A stretch of DNA of 64,000 nt, from assembly GCF_006345805.1 (NCBI RefSeq), contig NC_043000.1:40114001-40178000 (forward strand), written 5' to 3'. The first letter of the stretch is position 1, and the number at the start of each line of letters is the position of its first letter. Below the pieces are notes generated by a model. It was not told the origin of the DNA, searched no databases, and worked only from the letters and a program-made list of their open reading frames with translations. This stretch comes from Octopus sinensis. Lineage: Eukaryota. The translations under genes and the position numbers were made by a program. Shown here one piece after another: positions 26,768 to 39,483 of this stretch.

Positions 26768-27144
26768 CATACATACATACATATACATATATACATACGT
26801 ATATCTATACGCCACACAACCTCGTTTAGGCTTAGCAACCCTTCCTGTTTGTTTTCACAGTCCTGTTTTTGTTACCAATTTTGACCCCCTCCGCAAAAAA
26901 TCCCAAATTTTATTTAATTCGCTTTGCGGGAGTAACTGTTTTATCGAAAGCGTATCTTGTTGTGAATTGCTCGAAATACAAGAGTAGAAAAAACAGTCAA
27001 CAACTGATGAAGAGTCGTTCTTTATGTTCTTTGTCTTGTTTTCCATTTGTGTCTTTCGCTGTTCGAAAAACGAGTTCATATTCCATGTACTCGTACTTCG
27101 TATTTTTGTTGTACACGTTTTCGTGACGTCCTGTGCCCACATAT

Positions 27145-27181
<37 letters not shown>

Positions 27182-27352
27182 CGTATAGATGTATGTACAT
27201 ATATGTATGCATAAATATATATGCATATATGCATATATGCATATATATATATATATATAATATATATATATAATATATTATATATATATATATAACATAT
27301 ATATACATAATTATTTGATTGAACGCCAAGCATCCTCTTCCAGTTTTATCTA

Positions 27353-27431
<79 letters not shown>

Positions 27432-30096
27432 ATCTATATATATATATATATCAGCCGAAATTACTACGATGATCCGGTTCTTGACTGAAGACTGAGGGTT
27501 TCGAATGTCCTGTCCGTGTTTATTGTATCGTCTTCTAAGAGTTATACGTTCTTGTCCATGTTGTATTTTTCTACATACCTTAATATCTATATATATATAT
27601 ATATATATATGAGTAGGCTGCTGTCTCTAGCTGGCGGTTATCCAGCACCGAGGACGGGGAATTACCCAGAAACCATTGGTACTGCTAGCGGCTAGGAGGG
27701 AGTAGTACGCTAGCTGTATATTTCTGTCACAGATAGTATGTCGATAACCAGCTGGAAAATATGTTTTCTTGGGTTTAAAAGGTAGTAACATGGTCCTACG
27801 CAGAACTGCCACCATACTTTAGCAAATAGGTTCTACTATATATGTATATATATATATTCATTTGTGAGCCTTTGTGAGACTGTCAGAATAAATACCGATG
27901 TTAAAAAATGAATACCAGGGTCGATTTGTTCGATGAAATCCGTCAAACAGTGACTCGCATGGCCGCAATCCAGTTGTCTGAAACAAACTAATGATAGAAG
28001 ATAAAAGATATTATTCGTACTTGCTCTTTCACTTAGTGGAAGAATGCAAGAACCTTGTAAACGTTACTTTACAATTCAATATCAAATTTCGGTATTTCTC
28101 TCTAACACTGGTAGAATCGATTTAGTTTCACTATTTTCGTATTTAACAGATGACACAGTGTCTACGTTTAGGTTAAAGAAAACAACGTCTGACTAAATTT
28201 TAGAATTTAGTGTGCGTCATCAAGATAACACCTATGTTATCGTCTTTTATTAATTAAACTCAGTTAAAGTGATACTCATCCGTTTATGTTTACTTCAGGT
28301 GTTACATGATATTGATTTTTCACGGTCGAAAATAAAATTCCAACACTGTGTTGCATTCTTTATTTTAGTCTCGCTTCAGCTCTGATCCTGTTGACCTCTG
28401 GTCAAAGCCGTTTCTTCAGACAAAATGTATCTTTTTTTCTTGCTTCAGTTATTGAATTGCGGACATGCTGGGGCAGAACCATAAAATGTTTAGTCGAACA
28501 AATCCACCGTGGTAATTACTAAAATCTGGTACTTATTTTATCATTCTCTTATGCCGAACCGCTGATGACAAGAACGTAAACAAACGAGCACTGATTGTTA
28601 AGCGGAAATTGCGGAATGAATACAACATAGCACAAACACAAAGACACACACACGCATGCGCTTACGCACACGCACACGTACACATTCATACACATATTCA
28701 TATATATGCATGTATGTGTGTGTGTGTGTGTGTGTTGTGGTTTCATGCAGACATGGCGTGGATTCGGTCCTTGATTGCCAAATTTCACTTAACAGTTCAA
28801 CAGCATTTTTCTCCTGGTGAAACAATAATTTTTCTGTGAGTGACAGCAGTTACATTTACCAGATGCCTTCGCTAAGCAGAATTAGGGCTTTGCCACTTGG
28901 CCCGTCTAACCTCTTCTAGGCCACCAAAAGTTAGAATTGAAATAACAGGTACCACCAACGGAATCTATTGTTCTCAACAATATGTCTATCTTTCAAACTA
29001 GTTTTGGATAGTTATAAATACTAGAATTCGGTAAGGTAAAATCAGTTAGAGACCAACTAGAGTCATGGCCACAAGCAGGCAGCCACTAAAGACAAACGGC
29101 CAGAGTCAAGGAACTCGCTAGGTGCAATCTTCTTCAGCAGGAGCACCTAGGGTTAAGCGTATACACATGGGACGATCAAAACTACTTGCCCTGTGTTTAT
29201 ACGTCCTAACTTCATTCGATCTCTATCTGTAAATTACTTCTACGAGAACGTGACTGATTTTCAATCTGGCTTTCGCTGCTTGGTTTCTTGCCGCTGATGA
29301 TCTGCAGCGTGGTGAAACCTTGTGAGACATCTTTTCCATTCGCCGATGCTGACGAAATTCAATCAACCGATAAAAAATTTCAATGCCTTTTAGCATTTGG
29401 TGTCTACATGAAATGATTTTTCAGGACGTTCCCTGCAGCGTTATAAACAACACATCCACGTTAACTTGGACGTACTAATGTGTGTATGTGTGTGTGTGTG
29501 TGTGTGTTCGTGCGCGCGCGCACCGCACATAGGCTAATGACTAGCTGAAAATAAGTGGATGCTAATGCAATTGCGAGATGTGTATACAGCAGAAACGTGC
29601 GTGGGACGGATTTAAAACAAATATGCAGTAATTGACTAGAAATAATAAAAATTATGTAGAAGTACTATCTCCGTATTCATTGTTACTGTATTGGATATAC
29701 ACTCGGTTAATACGCTACACTTTATCCCACCCTCCTTTCACCTTCCCGAACTTTCCTACTAACGGCGTTAGCCTGTTGTCTCTGTACTAGAACACATGGT
29801 TAAATATTCATAATCCAGGGAAGCGAACCCCCGGATGTATCTCTCGGATAAAATAGTGTAGAATTTCTTACACCAAGTAATTCTAGGTGTTCATTTACAA
29901 CTCGATGCAGCTAGCCTTAACTTGGATTACAACTAATGCTTGAATGGTACCCGCTCGGATATTGATATCCCTATCTATTCGCTATATATACGAGACAAGT
30001 TACAAAGGAGTGTAGGCAAGTTAGGAAGTGGTACAGGAGTCACTTAGTAGAGGTAGGGGCATTTTATTGCCAAATGTGAACCACTATTTGTTCTGT

Positions 30097-30167
<71 letters not shown>

Positions 30168-30250
30168 ACACACACACACAGACACACACACACACACATA
30201 CACATATACATATATAACAGAACAAATAGTGGTTCACATTTGGCAATATC

Positions 30251-30330
30251 CGATGGCCGGATAACTGAAGAGATGGCGGCGTGGATTTCCACCTCGGCAT
30301 CTGAAACTCGGAGTTTTATCATGGCTATCG
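30251..30330 (+). ncRNA. Type I hammerhead ribozyme, fully paired, in a ~200-bp dispersed repeat
   Basis: Stem I CGATGGCC/GGCTATCG, 1x2 loop, GATAA/TTATC. Core CTGAAGA 30265-30271. Stem II GATG/CATC, CGG/TCG, GTGG/CCAC. Extra U, then GAAA 30303-30306. Stem III ACT-CGG-AGT. GUU cleavage after 30315. Confidence 0.85.
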
Positions 30331-30448
30331 AATAATTGTCACATATTACATTTACAGATAAATTCCTCTATTTATATAATATCGAGGTCTCTTTCATTCT
30401 TTTGTTATCTTACCATTTTTATCAATATATATATATATATATATGTAT

Positions 30449-31070
30449 TATATTTGCCACCTAAATGTGGTTGACCAATATATGGGACGATGCTACTTTT
30501 GTTCATGGCCCCAGGAAGGCATCTCCTCCTCTGCTGGCTAACGACACACAGTCTATGTCTGATTAGGATTTACGAAGGGAAATCTTCGTTCCCATCTCTA
30601 GCTTTACGTAATACACAACAGTAGCATCGTCCCATATGATTCAGCCACATTTAGGTGGTAAATATACTTCACAATGTCGTGCTGTTACTTAATACATCTC
30701 GCTCAGGGATTTATTATTGCTTGTTTCTCCTTTTTCGAGACCAGCGACAATTTGTCACTGGAATAATATTTTGCATTTGGAATCAGTTCTCATTCCTAGC
30801 TGGTGATTGTCACAAGCAGATGACGGGTTACTACTCAGAAACCAGGGTCCGTGTGTATCACGTAAGACTAGAGATGCGAACGATGCTTTCCCTTCGCAAA
30901 TGCTGATCGGACACAAACAGTGTGTCGTTAGCCAGTTAGAGATGTCTTATTGGGGTTATAAATAACAGTAGCATCGTCCCATATGGCTCATCCACATTTA
31001 GGTGGCAAGTATACTTCACGATGTCGTGCTGCAACTGTTTACATTTCGCTCAGAGATTTATTATTGCTAC
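30449..31070. mobile_element. Two partial copies, in opposite orientation, of a long-TIR MITE-like element
   Basis: 30449-30497 is the inverted repeat of 30620-30664. The interior 30535-30618 is inverted at 30853-30932. The TIR plus tail recurs at 30967-31068. Confidence 0.6.
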
Positions 31071-31085
31071 ACACACACCACACAC

Positions 31086-31179
<94 letters not shown>

Positions 31180-32354
31180 CACACATATATATATATACAC
31201 GTACACACACATATATATTATGCGGCTAAGTCAGAAGACATAATAACAATAACAATTATTACATAATTTTAAGAGAAATTAAATTAGGAAATCCTTTGAA
31301 AGGAATCAGCACATACGCAGTCATTGATGCAATAACATACATATACTATCACTGATGCAGAAGCATATACACATTTGCACACTGATATGTAGCATTGCTG
31401 ACAGGCATTAGCGTATAGACACAGGAACCACTACACATACTCACACTCACATACATGCCCCACTTCTTTCACACACACACACATACACACATACACACAC
31501 GAGTGCGCAAAGCTTCCGTCACCGTCACACTCCCACGCTTACATTATATATTACCTTCTTTCTTTGGTTGCCCCATATGCTATTCTTCTCTGCTCTAAAG
31601 TTACCCAGCTAAGCGCATTTGACCTTTTACTTCCTTCAAGCAAATCTAACATTGAACCATAAGCTGTATGCGCTGACCCCTTAAGTACAGCATGAATCCA
31701 CTAGGGATTACCATGTATGAATAATTAGAACATCTGTCAAATGCAGGAAATTCTATTTAATTACTTTGATCAAATAGAGGATACAAAAATATATTCCTTG
31801 AGAGATAAATGGATTTCAGGAATGAGTTTTGCCGATGCAGACCGCGATTAATTTTCTTGGACTCTGGTTTTTGCTATTTATCACTAGATAGATGATACGA
31901 AAATACATTCTTGATAGACGAATGAATTTCAGGAATGGGTTTTGTTGATTCAGGCCGCAATTAGTTTTCTTTGACTCTGGTTTTTGCTATTTGCTATTTG
32001 CATGTTAATGCATTAGCGTGAATAGCTTATACAGGAAATGAATTTCATGTCCATGGTTACGTTAGAAAACTACACCAATACGCCAAATGTGGAATCAATT
32101 GGAACAAAAATTGAAGAAATTGAAAAGTGGCATCCAAACAGAAAAGATCTATACAAGACACTATGATGACAATATTACATTATTATCGCGTGACTCAATG
32201 AATCTGAAAGCTTTTGTGATTGATATATGTACCAGTAACATATTGTTACTCCAACACACACACACACACACATACAATCCCAAGGTAAGTTTTCGGTGAT
32301 GACCTAATACTAAAGGTTATATTCATTTATGCTTTCATTTTCAAGCCCCTAAGA

Positions 32355-32720
32355 CCATGGTTGTTGTTGTTGTTGTTGTTTAATCCCAGATCTACCCTGA
32401 TCCAGCAGACCTATGGTCGAAGACATTCCAGCCTTGACCATCTCGACTTGTACTTGCATGTAGTGTCCTTTTGAGGTTCCTTTCGTCGACTCGAATCTAA
32501 CATGCTTGTTACTGTTGTCCTTTAACCCTAGGTCAGTCGTCATCGTGTAGACCTATGATCAAATGTGTTCCAGCCGTGACCATCCCGTCGTTTTTCTTCA
32601 TGCTGGGAACCCAGGATTACATTATCCAACGTATCTGTTTGTTTAAAGAAGGTAGGAGAGAATTTGACTGCTGTTTCTAGCAATTTCTATGTAGTCAAGA
32701 GACCATATAGAGGCGCTTTC
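32355..32720 (-). repeat. Dispersed SINE-like repeat (family E)
   Basis: Internal direct repeats GACCTATG(G/A)TC..TTCCAGCC..GACCATC and motif GCTAGAAACAGCAGTCAAA. Fragments at ~14895-15060, 21380-21480, 23237-23330, 58625-58690. Confidence 0.6.
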
Positions 32721-32854
32721 GTCTGTTTGTGTATGACATGGATGTGCAGGGAAGTGAAGAGAGATGCAGTTACCACCCACAGTCTTTTTGAAGCATCATA
32801 CTGAACGACCAAACAGCTGGATTTGCTCTACACGAGGAACACATCTGTCAGCTT

Positions 32855-33530
32855 AATGATGATAGATGATGATGATGATGATAGTGGTGGTGATGATGGT
32901 AATGATTATGATGATGAAAACGATGGTGGTGGTGGTGGTGGTGATAAAGATGATGGTGATAGGAATATCGTTGTCGTAGCCCATTGCTGTTCATTGTCAC
33001 CATCATAGGCGTCGTCTACAAGTGCTTGCCCACCCGGTTCTTTTCTACTCACTCCCCCACCGCTTTGTCAATACCATCACCGCCATCACTAATCACTTTC
33101 TATATCATGATGATGGCGTCGTCCACCACCACCACCACCAACAACAACAACCACCAGAGCAACAACACGATCACTATCACCACCAACACGATCACGATCA
33201 CCATCACCACCACTACCATCATCATCATCATCTTTATAATCACCATTAACAGCAGCAGCAGTAACACCAGCGCCACCACTAATGCCATCAAATTTATCGC
33301 CATCAAAGTTATCTTCCTCACTATCATCACTTGACTATGATCATTCTCCATCACTATTATTACCCCTTCCGCCTCTTCCGCATCCCTTCCTCATCCTCCA
33401 TCCCTCCTCCCCTCCTCCCCTCCTCTCCCCCCGCCTCTCCCCCTCCTCCCCTCTCCTCTCCCCTCCTCTCCCCTCCTCTCCTCCCTGTCACCCCTCCTCC
33501 TCTTCCTCAGTTTCATTGGTATGCTGGACT
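32855..33530. repeat. Compound (GAT)n/(CAC)n/(CCT)n low-complexity tract
   Basis: Direct reading. Confidence 0.9.
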
Positions 33531-34172
33531 TCCCTCAATGATCGTTGTCGAAGAGTATAAGATGGTTGAAATCCTTTCATTCATCATCTTTAAAGTTGAA
33601 GAGCGCATAACATCCTCTACATCTATGTGTGTTTTAAACGGTGTGTTTGGAGTACACGCGAGACGTGTGTGTGTGTGTGCATACACATACACACACACGT
33701 TATATGTTTATGTGTGCGTGTATGTGTAAGTGTATATATATATATTGTTCTATGTATGTTTTATACTACTTGAAATATACGACTTCAGTGTTGAGCATCC
33801 GCTGCAGTGCCCCCTCTGTTTGTGTTGAACATCCGCGGCAAAAACAGCAACATGTCATGAACCTACTTACAAATGCATTAATCTAACGAGATGTCAAAAC
33901 CAAAAGGAATCACCATCACCACAATAATAATAATAATAATGATGCTCTGCTTCTAACTTTTGTGGGTAATTTCTTTGATAATAATCATGATAAGTATTTT
34001 CTAACATGAATACACACATACGTTATTTTAAATAATAAAGTATCTTGATTAATACCCGGAAATTTATTACTTTTAGTACCAACTAATATCACCGGTATCA
34101 ATATAAACTCTAACCCACTTACAGTGGACCTTTCACTAAGGCCGTCACTAGAAAACATATCACATGTTTACA

Positions 34173-34207
<35 letters not shown>

Positions 34208-34414
34208 CAATAATAATTCTCTAACGAGATATAGAACAGTAACTGCTCCATAACATAAGGACGTTAGCCATCTGAATGTGGCTAGGACAGGCAGGGCGGT
34301 GGGGGTGTTACTGATGCATTTAGCTCCAGGCGATCATCAACGTCACCAGGAGGGCTGACGCCATCACACGCGTCTCTAAGCCTGCAAGGGAGATCATTCC
34401 CCGAAGAAGCAGAT

Positions 34415-34465
34415 GCCCCATACGGACCTAGGTTTCAAGGTATTTGCCTATTATCAACGCATGGC
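34415..34465 (-). ncRNA. Type I hammerhead ribozyme, U3:A8 core variant (354-nt monomer, copy 1)
   Basis: Minus strand reads GCCATGCG-TTGATAA-TAGGCAAATACCTT-GAAA-CCTAG-GTC-CGTATGGGGC. Stem I CCATGCG/CGTATGG, stem II AGG/CCT, palindromic stem III ACCTAGGT, GUC site cleaving between 34425 and 34424. Confidence 0.8.
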
Positions 34466-34770
34466 AGGCACCGCTCCTCGACGAACAACTCTCTGTGCAG
34501 GATATATATAAAGATTTTCACAGTAAATACATTTACTGATGTAGAAAATCCGTTCGACAGCAATAATAATTCTCTAAACGAGATATAGACAGTAACTGCT
34601 CCATAACATAAGGGACGTTAGCCATCTGAATGTGGCTAGGGACAGGGCAGGCGTTGGGGTGTTACTGATGCATTCATTAGCCCCAGGCGATCATCAACGT
34701 CACCAGGAGGGCTGACGCCATCACGGCGTCCTCTAGCCTGCAAAGGAGATCATTCCCCGAAGAAGCGGAT

Positions 34771-34820
34771 GCCACATACGGACCTAGGTTTCAAGATTTT
34801 GCCTATTATCAACGCATGGC
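34771..34820 (-). ncRNA. Type I hammerhead ribozyme, U3:A8 core variant (354-nt monomer, copy 2)
   Basis: Minus strand reads GCCATGCG-TTGATAA-TAGGCAAAATCTT-GAAA-CCTAG-GTC-CGTATGTGGC. Cleavage between 34781 and 34780. Confidence 0.78.
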
Positions 34821-35074
34821 AGGCACCGCTCCTCGACGAACAACTCTCTGTGCAGGATATATATAAAGATTTTCACAGTAAATACATTTACTGCTGTAGA
34901 AAATCCGTTCTGACGTTGATGATCGCCTGGGGCTAAATGCATCAGTAACACCCCCACCGCCCTGCCCTGTCTCTAGCCACATTCAGATGGCTAACGTCCC
35001 TTATGTTATGGAGCAGTTACTGTCTATATCTCGTTTAGAGAATTATTATTGCTGTCGAACGGATTTTCTACCGA

Positions 35075-35525
35075 ATGCCAACCAATCAGAGTAGTGGACA
35101 CAACAGGGTCAAACTAGCCAAAGATGGTTGTAATCTCAAACGAGATCATTCCTAATGTGCCTCTCAAACAGTGAGGATATCAGATACGCTACACATACAT
35201 ACATACATACATACATACATACATACATACATACATACATACATACATACATACATACATACATACATGCACATGGTTTGAAATACAAGATGATACCTAA
35301 GGACATTGATAAGGAGTTTGCAAACCCAATACTCAACACAGACTTTCAGCTTTATACCTGTTATTATTGAAGCAACAGGATACATACCAACCAGTCTGGA
35401 GCAAAGTGTGGCTGAACTTGAGATCTTGTGGGGAGAACGCAAGTCTTTAATTCATATGCTACAAATGATCACGATATCTGAAACTGTAAAAATCTGCAAG
35501 ACCTTGAAATTTAAAGAATGATGGT
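35075..35525 (+). mobile_element. 3' fragment of a REL-endonuclease non-LTR retrotransposon
   Basis: FSFIPVIIEATGYIP..LIHMLQMITISETVKICKT; interrupted by (TACA)n. Confidence 0.7.
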
Positions 35526-35911
35526 TAAAATAAGACGCTTTGCTTTACAACCTTGCTACCGAGTAGGTGGTCGGTCAAAATTTATTCTACATTATAAAAA
35601 GAGAAAGAGAAATACACATACTCCACACACAACACACACACCACACACACAACACACACACATGCATATATATACATATCATGTAATTGGATGACCTTTA
35701 ACCCCCACCCCACCCATATGAATTCATTCACCCTTTGACGGGTATCTAAAAACCACCCTATTCACCAAGCAGGCTTAGTGGCGTTGCTGCCGGTTTAATC
35801 GCCGACAGCCCAACTATGCAACAGGTTGTGCTGGGTCAAGACAGTCCTCTTTGTGTCTCTGTCTCTGTTTCTCTCGCACACATACATACTCCCCACTGTC
35901 TCTCTTACTCT

Positions 35912-35963
<52 letters not shown>

Positions 35964-36414
35964 CATACACGCATATTCTATAACACAAATAGAAACACAT
36001 ACACAACCCGAGGTAAAGTGCACCTTCTTTACTCACAAAACTACACATTACGTATACATAGAATGAGACACACACACATACACACACAAGAAGAGAGAGA
36101 AAAGAGAAAGAGAGAGACGCACAAGCAAATGCATTGTATCCATCGTGAAGCAGAGGTACTAACCTACATACATTGACATCGAAAGATCTCATCACAACTC
36201 CCACTCAAACTGAAGTAAATCGACGAAGACACCCCCTCCCTACCATCACACACACACGCACAGCCGCTTGCCATAATCATCTCCTCCCTCCACTCTGGCT
36301 TCACATCTTCCTCACTTAAACCAATACCCTTTTAAAGGATATCTCGGGTTACCGCTAGTGAACCGTCAAAGATTATTATATGTGACAGCGATGGAGGCCG
36401 TGGTGATGAGAAGA

Positions 36415-36447
<33 letters not shown>

Positions 36448-36709
36448 TGACCCTTTTATTCACTTTGTTAAACTATATTAAATAGGTTGGAGCGGTAAGG
36501 TAAATGGTGGATAAGATGATAGAGGAAAATAGCTACATCCTTATCCTAAATACACTAAGAAGTACGTCTATGTCTGTATTTATATCGTTTACTTTTTATC
36601 TTTTACATGTTCCAGTCATTAGACTGCGGTCATGTTGGGGCACCGCCTCGAAAAATTTTTAGTCGAAGGAATCGACTGTGTGGCTGGGAAGCAAAGTTTC
36701 TTATATCTT

Positions 36710-37270
36710 TACTGCTCACAAGGGGCTACACGCTGAGGGGGCAAACAAGGACAGACATAGGGATTAAGTCGATTACATCGACCCCAGTACTTAACTGGTA
36801 CTTAATTTATCGACCCCGAAAGGATAAAAGGCAAAGTCGACCTCGGCAGAATTTGAACTCAGAACGTAGCAGCAGACGAAATACCTATTTCTTTTCTACT
36901 CACAAGGGGCTAAACACAGAGAGGACAAACAAGGACAGACAAACGGATTAAGTTGATTATATCGACCCCAGTGCGTAACTGGTACATATTCAATCGACCC
37001 CGAAAGGATGAAAGGCAAAGTCGACCTCGGCGGAATTTGAACTCAGAATGTAGCGGCAGACAAACTACTTATTTCTCTACTGCCCACAAGGGGCTAAACT
37101 CAGAGAGGACAAACAAAGACAGACAAACGGATTAAGTCGATTATATGGACTCCAGTGCGTAACTGGTACTTAATTTATCGACCCCGAAATGATGAAAGGC
37201 AAAGTCGACTTCGGCGGTATTTGAACTCAGAACGTAACGGCAGACGAAATACCACTAAGCATTTCGCCCG
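36710..37270 (-). mobile_element. Three head-to-tail units of SINE family B
   Basis: ~182-bp period, with repeated GTCGACCTCGGCGGAATTTGAACTCAGAAC and CACAAGGGGCTAAAC. Confidence 0.85.
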
Positions 37271-38270
37271 GCTTACCATACAGCCTGCTGAGGCACTGCT
37301 TTGAAGGGTTTCAGTTGAACACATCCACCCCAATTTTTTTTTTGTTTTAAAGTCTGTTACTTACTCTATCATTCTCTCCCTTGTCGAGCCGTTAAGTTTC
37401 GTGAACACAAACAAACCAACACTTCTTGTGGAGCGGTTGTGGAGACAGAGGGAAACACACACACACACACACACACACTCTCTCTCTCTCTCCTCACACA
37501 CACATGCACACAAAATACATACACGATGAGCTTCTATCAGTTGGCGCCTACCAAATCCACTCACAAGACATTTATCGGTACGGGGTTATGGTCGAAGACA
37601 CTTGCCTAAGGTGCCACACAGCGAGATTGAACTACAAACCGTATGGTTGGCAGTACACTTCTCACCACAAGGCCACGTCTGCGCCTAAGTATATTTGTAC
37701 GCGCTTATATTTGTGCGCAAATGCGTTTATGTGTGTATATCATTATGCTCGTATGTGTGCGTTTGTGATGCTTTATAGGTATTTATGTGAAAACAAATTA
37801 TATGTTTATATGTGCGTGTGTGCGTTCGTAGTGAGTGTGTGTGCGTGTGCGTTCGTTGTATGTGTGTGTGTGCGTTCGTTGTGCGTGTGTGTGTGTGTGA
37901 GTACGTGCGCTCGTTTCTCCGTATAGTAAACACTTATGACGGTGTTTGATCATGTTAGATGTTAGACGTCTCATTAATGAAACATCTGTTCATCATAGGA
38001 TTATTGTGACAAAGGCCTGTACGACATGTATGTCAATCTCTGAGTATTCACAAATGAAATATCCAGCCAGTGGTGACAAGTAAGAAGAACAAGATGACAG
38101 AAAATTATGTCAACCTTAGAATTGATATTATAGAACACTCTATTTTATCGACCCTGTAAGAATGAAAGGCAGGAGCTGGAAGAAATGTTGCTAAGCATAA
38201 TGTCCCAACGCGCCAACGATTCTGCCTAATCGCCGTCCTCCTCCTCCTCCTCCTCCTCCTCCTCCTCCTC

Positions 38271-38309
<39 letters not shown>

Positions 38310-38558
38310 ATAATAATAATAATAATAATCCTTTCTACTGAAGGCATAAGGCCTGAAATTTTTTGGGAGGGGACTATTCGATTACATCAATCCTAGTATT
38401 TCACTGGTACTTATTTTATCGACCCTGAAGGATGAAATGCAAAGTCGACCTCGGCGGAATTTGAACTCAAGAACGTAAAGACTGACAAAATACCCGTAAG
38501 CATTTTGCCCGGCGTGCTAACGATTCTGTCAGCTCGCTGCCTTAAATGACGATGATGA

Positions 38559-38590
<32 letters not shown>

Positions 38591-38659
38591 GAACTGCTGC
38601 TGCTGCTGCTGCTACTACTACTACTACTACTACTACTACTAATGATAATGATAATAATG

Positions 38660-38702
<43 letters not shown>

Positions 38703-39424
38703 TAATAATATGAAGCTGAAGGAGGAGAAGGAGGAAGAGGAAGAAGAAAAAGAAGTGGAGGAGATGGAAAAGAAGAAAAATTAACGATTGCCAAGAAGTA
38801 TACTTTTCAGTTAAGTCAGCATTACATAAATCGAGGAAAAGTACCAGAAGAATTCTGAAAGCAACGATAGAGGAATAGATACGAGAGGATTAATCTAATC
38901 TGTTGTTGCTCAATGTCAGAATTAATAAATATATTACGTCTTAGTCGATAACGCTACTAAATCGTGACCTCGAGGTGAACAGGAGAACCTGCGGCCGTCT
39001 GGGAGTAGTGAGGTGGAAATCAAATATGACTACCTGGTTATATTACAATAATATTGATTGCAATTAATGGCAGAGTGCTAAATAATCGATTACATCGATC
39101 ACAGCACGAGTCGAAGAGTTTATTTTCTCGACCTCGGGAAGGTGAAAAGTAAGGTCAGCCCGGCGTGATTTCGACTCTGAAGATAAAGAGGTGCAGTTAA
39201 AATATCACAAGATGTTTGTCTGACACATTTCGTTCTACCGATTCGCAAGTTTCGTGACAAGAGAAAAAAAAAAAACAATTGTTCGAAGTAACAGTTGCTC
39301 GAATCAGCAGTTAATTGAATTACACTGTATTCGAAATACGGGAAATAGGTTAATGGAAAAGGTTACTCTGTCATTTTCTGTTTAAATGTTTTTTCGTAAA
39401 TATTATACCTCGAGTGTGTCTGTA

Positions 39425-39483
<59 letters not shown>

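Larger units (their letters stand above)
34206..35071 (-). mobile_element. Retrozyme-like tandem array, ~353-356 nt monomer x2 (34206-34910) plus a 161-bp inverted segment (34911-35071)
   Basis: AGCAATAATAATTCTCT at 34206 and 34559. 34911-35071 is the reverse complement of the monomer junction region. Left end abuts (TA)n. One HHR per monomer on the minus strand. Confidence 0.8.

Noticed and set aside
26960-27080. Type I/II hammerhead in the 22.3/26.9/57.8-kb repeat family
   Set aside because: CTGA(T/A)GA is shared, but stems I and III cannot be formed consistently in any of the three copies.
29289-29335. CTGATGA-TCTGCAGCGTGGT-GAAAC motif
   Set aside because: No NUH cleavage triplet and no stem I.
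34460-34500. HDV-like ribozyme (TCCTCG loop) in the 354-nt monomer
   Set aside because: P1 and P3 pairings are absent.
36710-37270. CRISPR-like repeat-spacer array
   Set aside because: The units are whole SINE fragments with no unique spacers, in a eukaryotic context.
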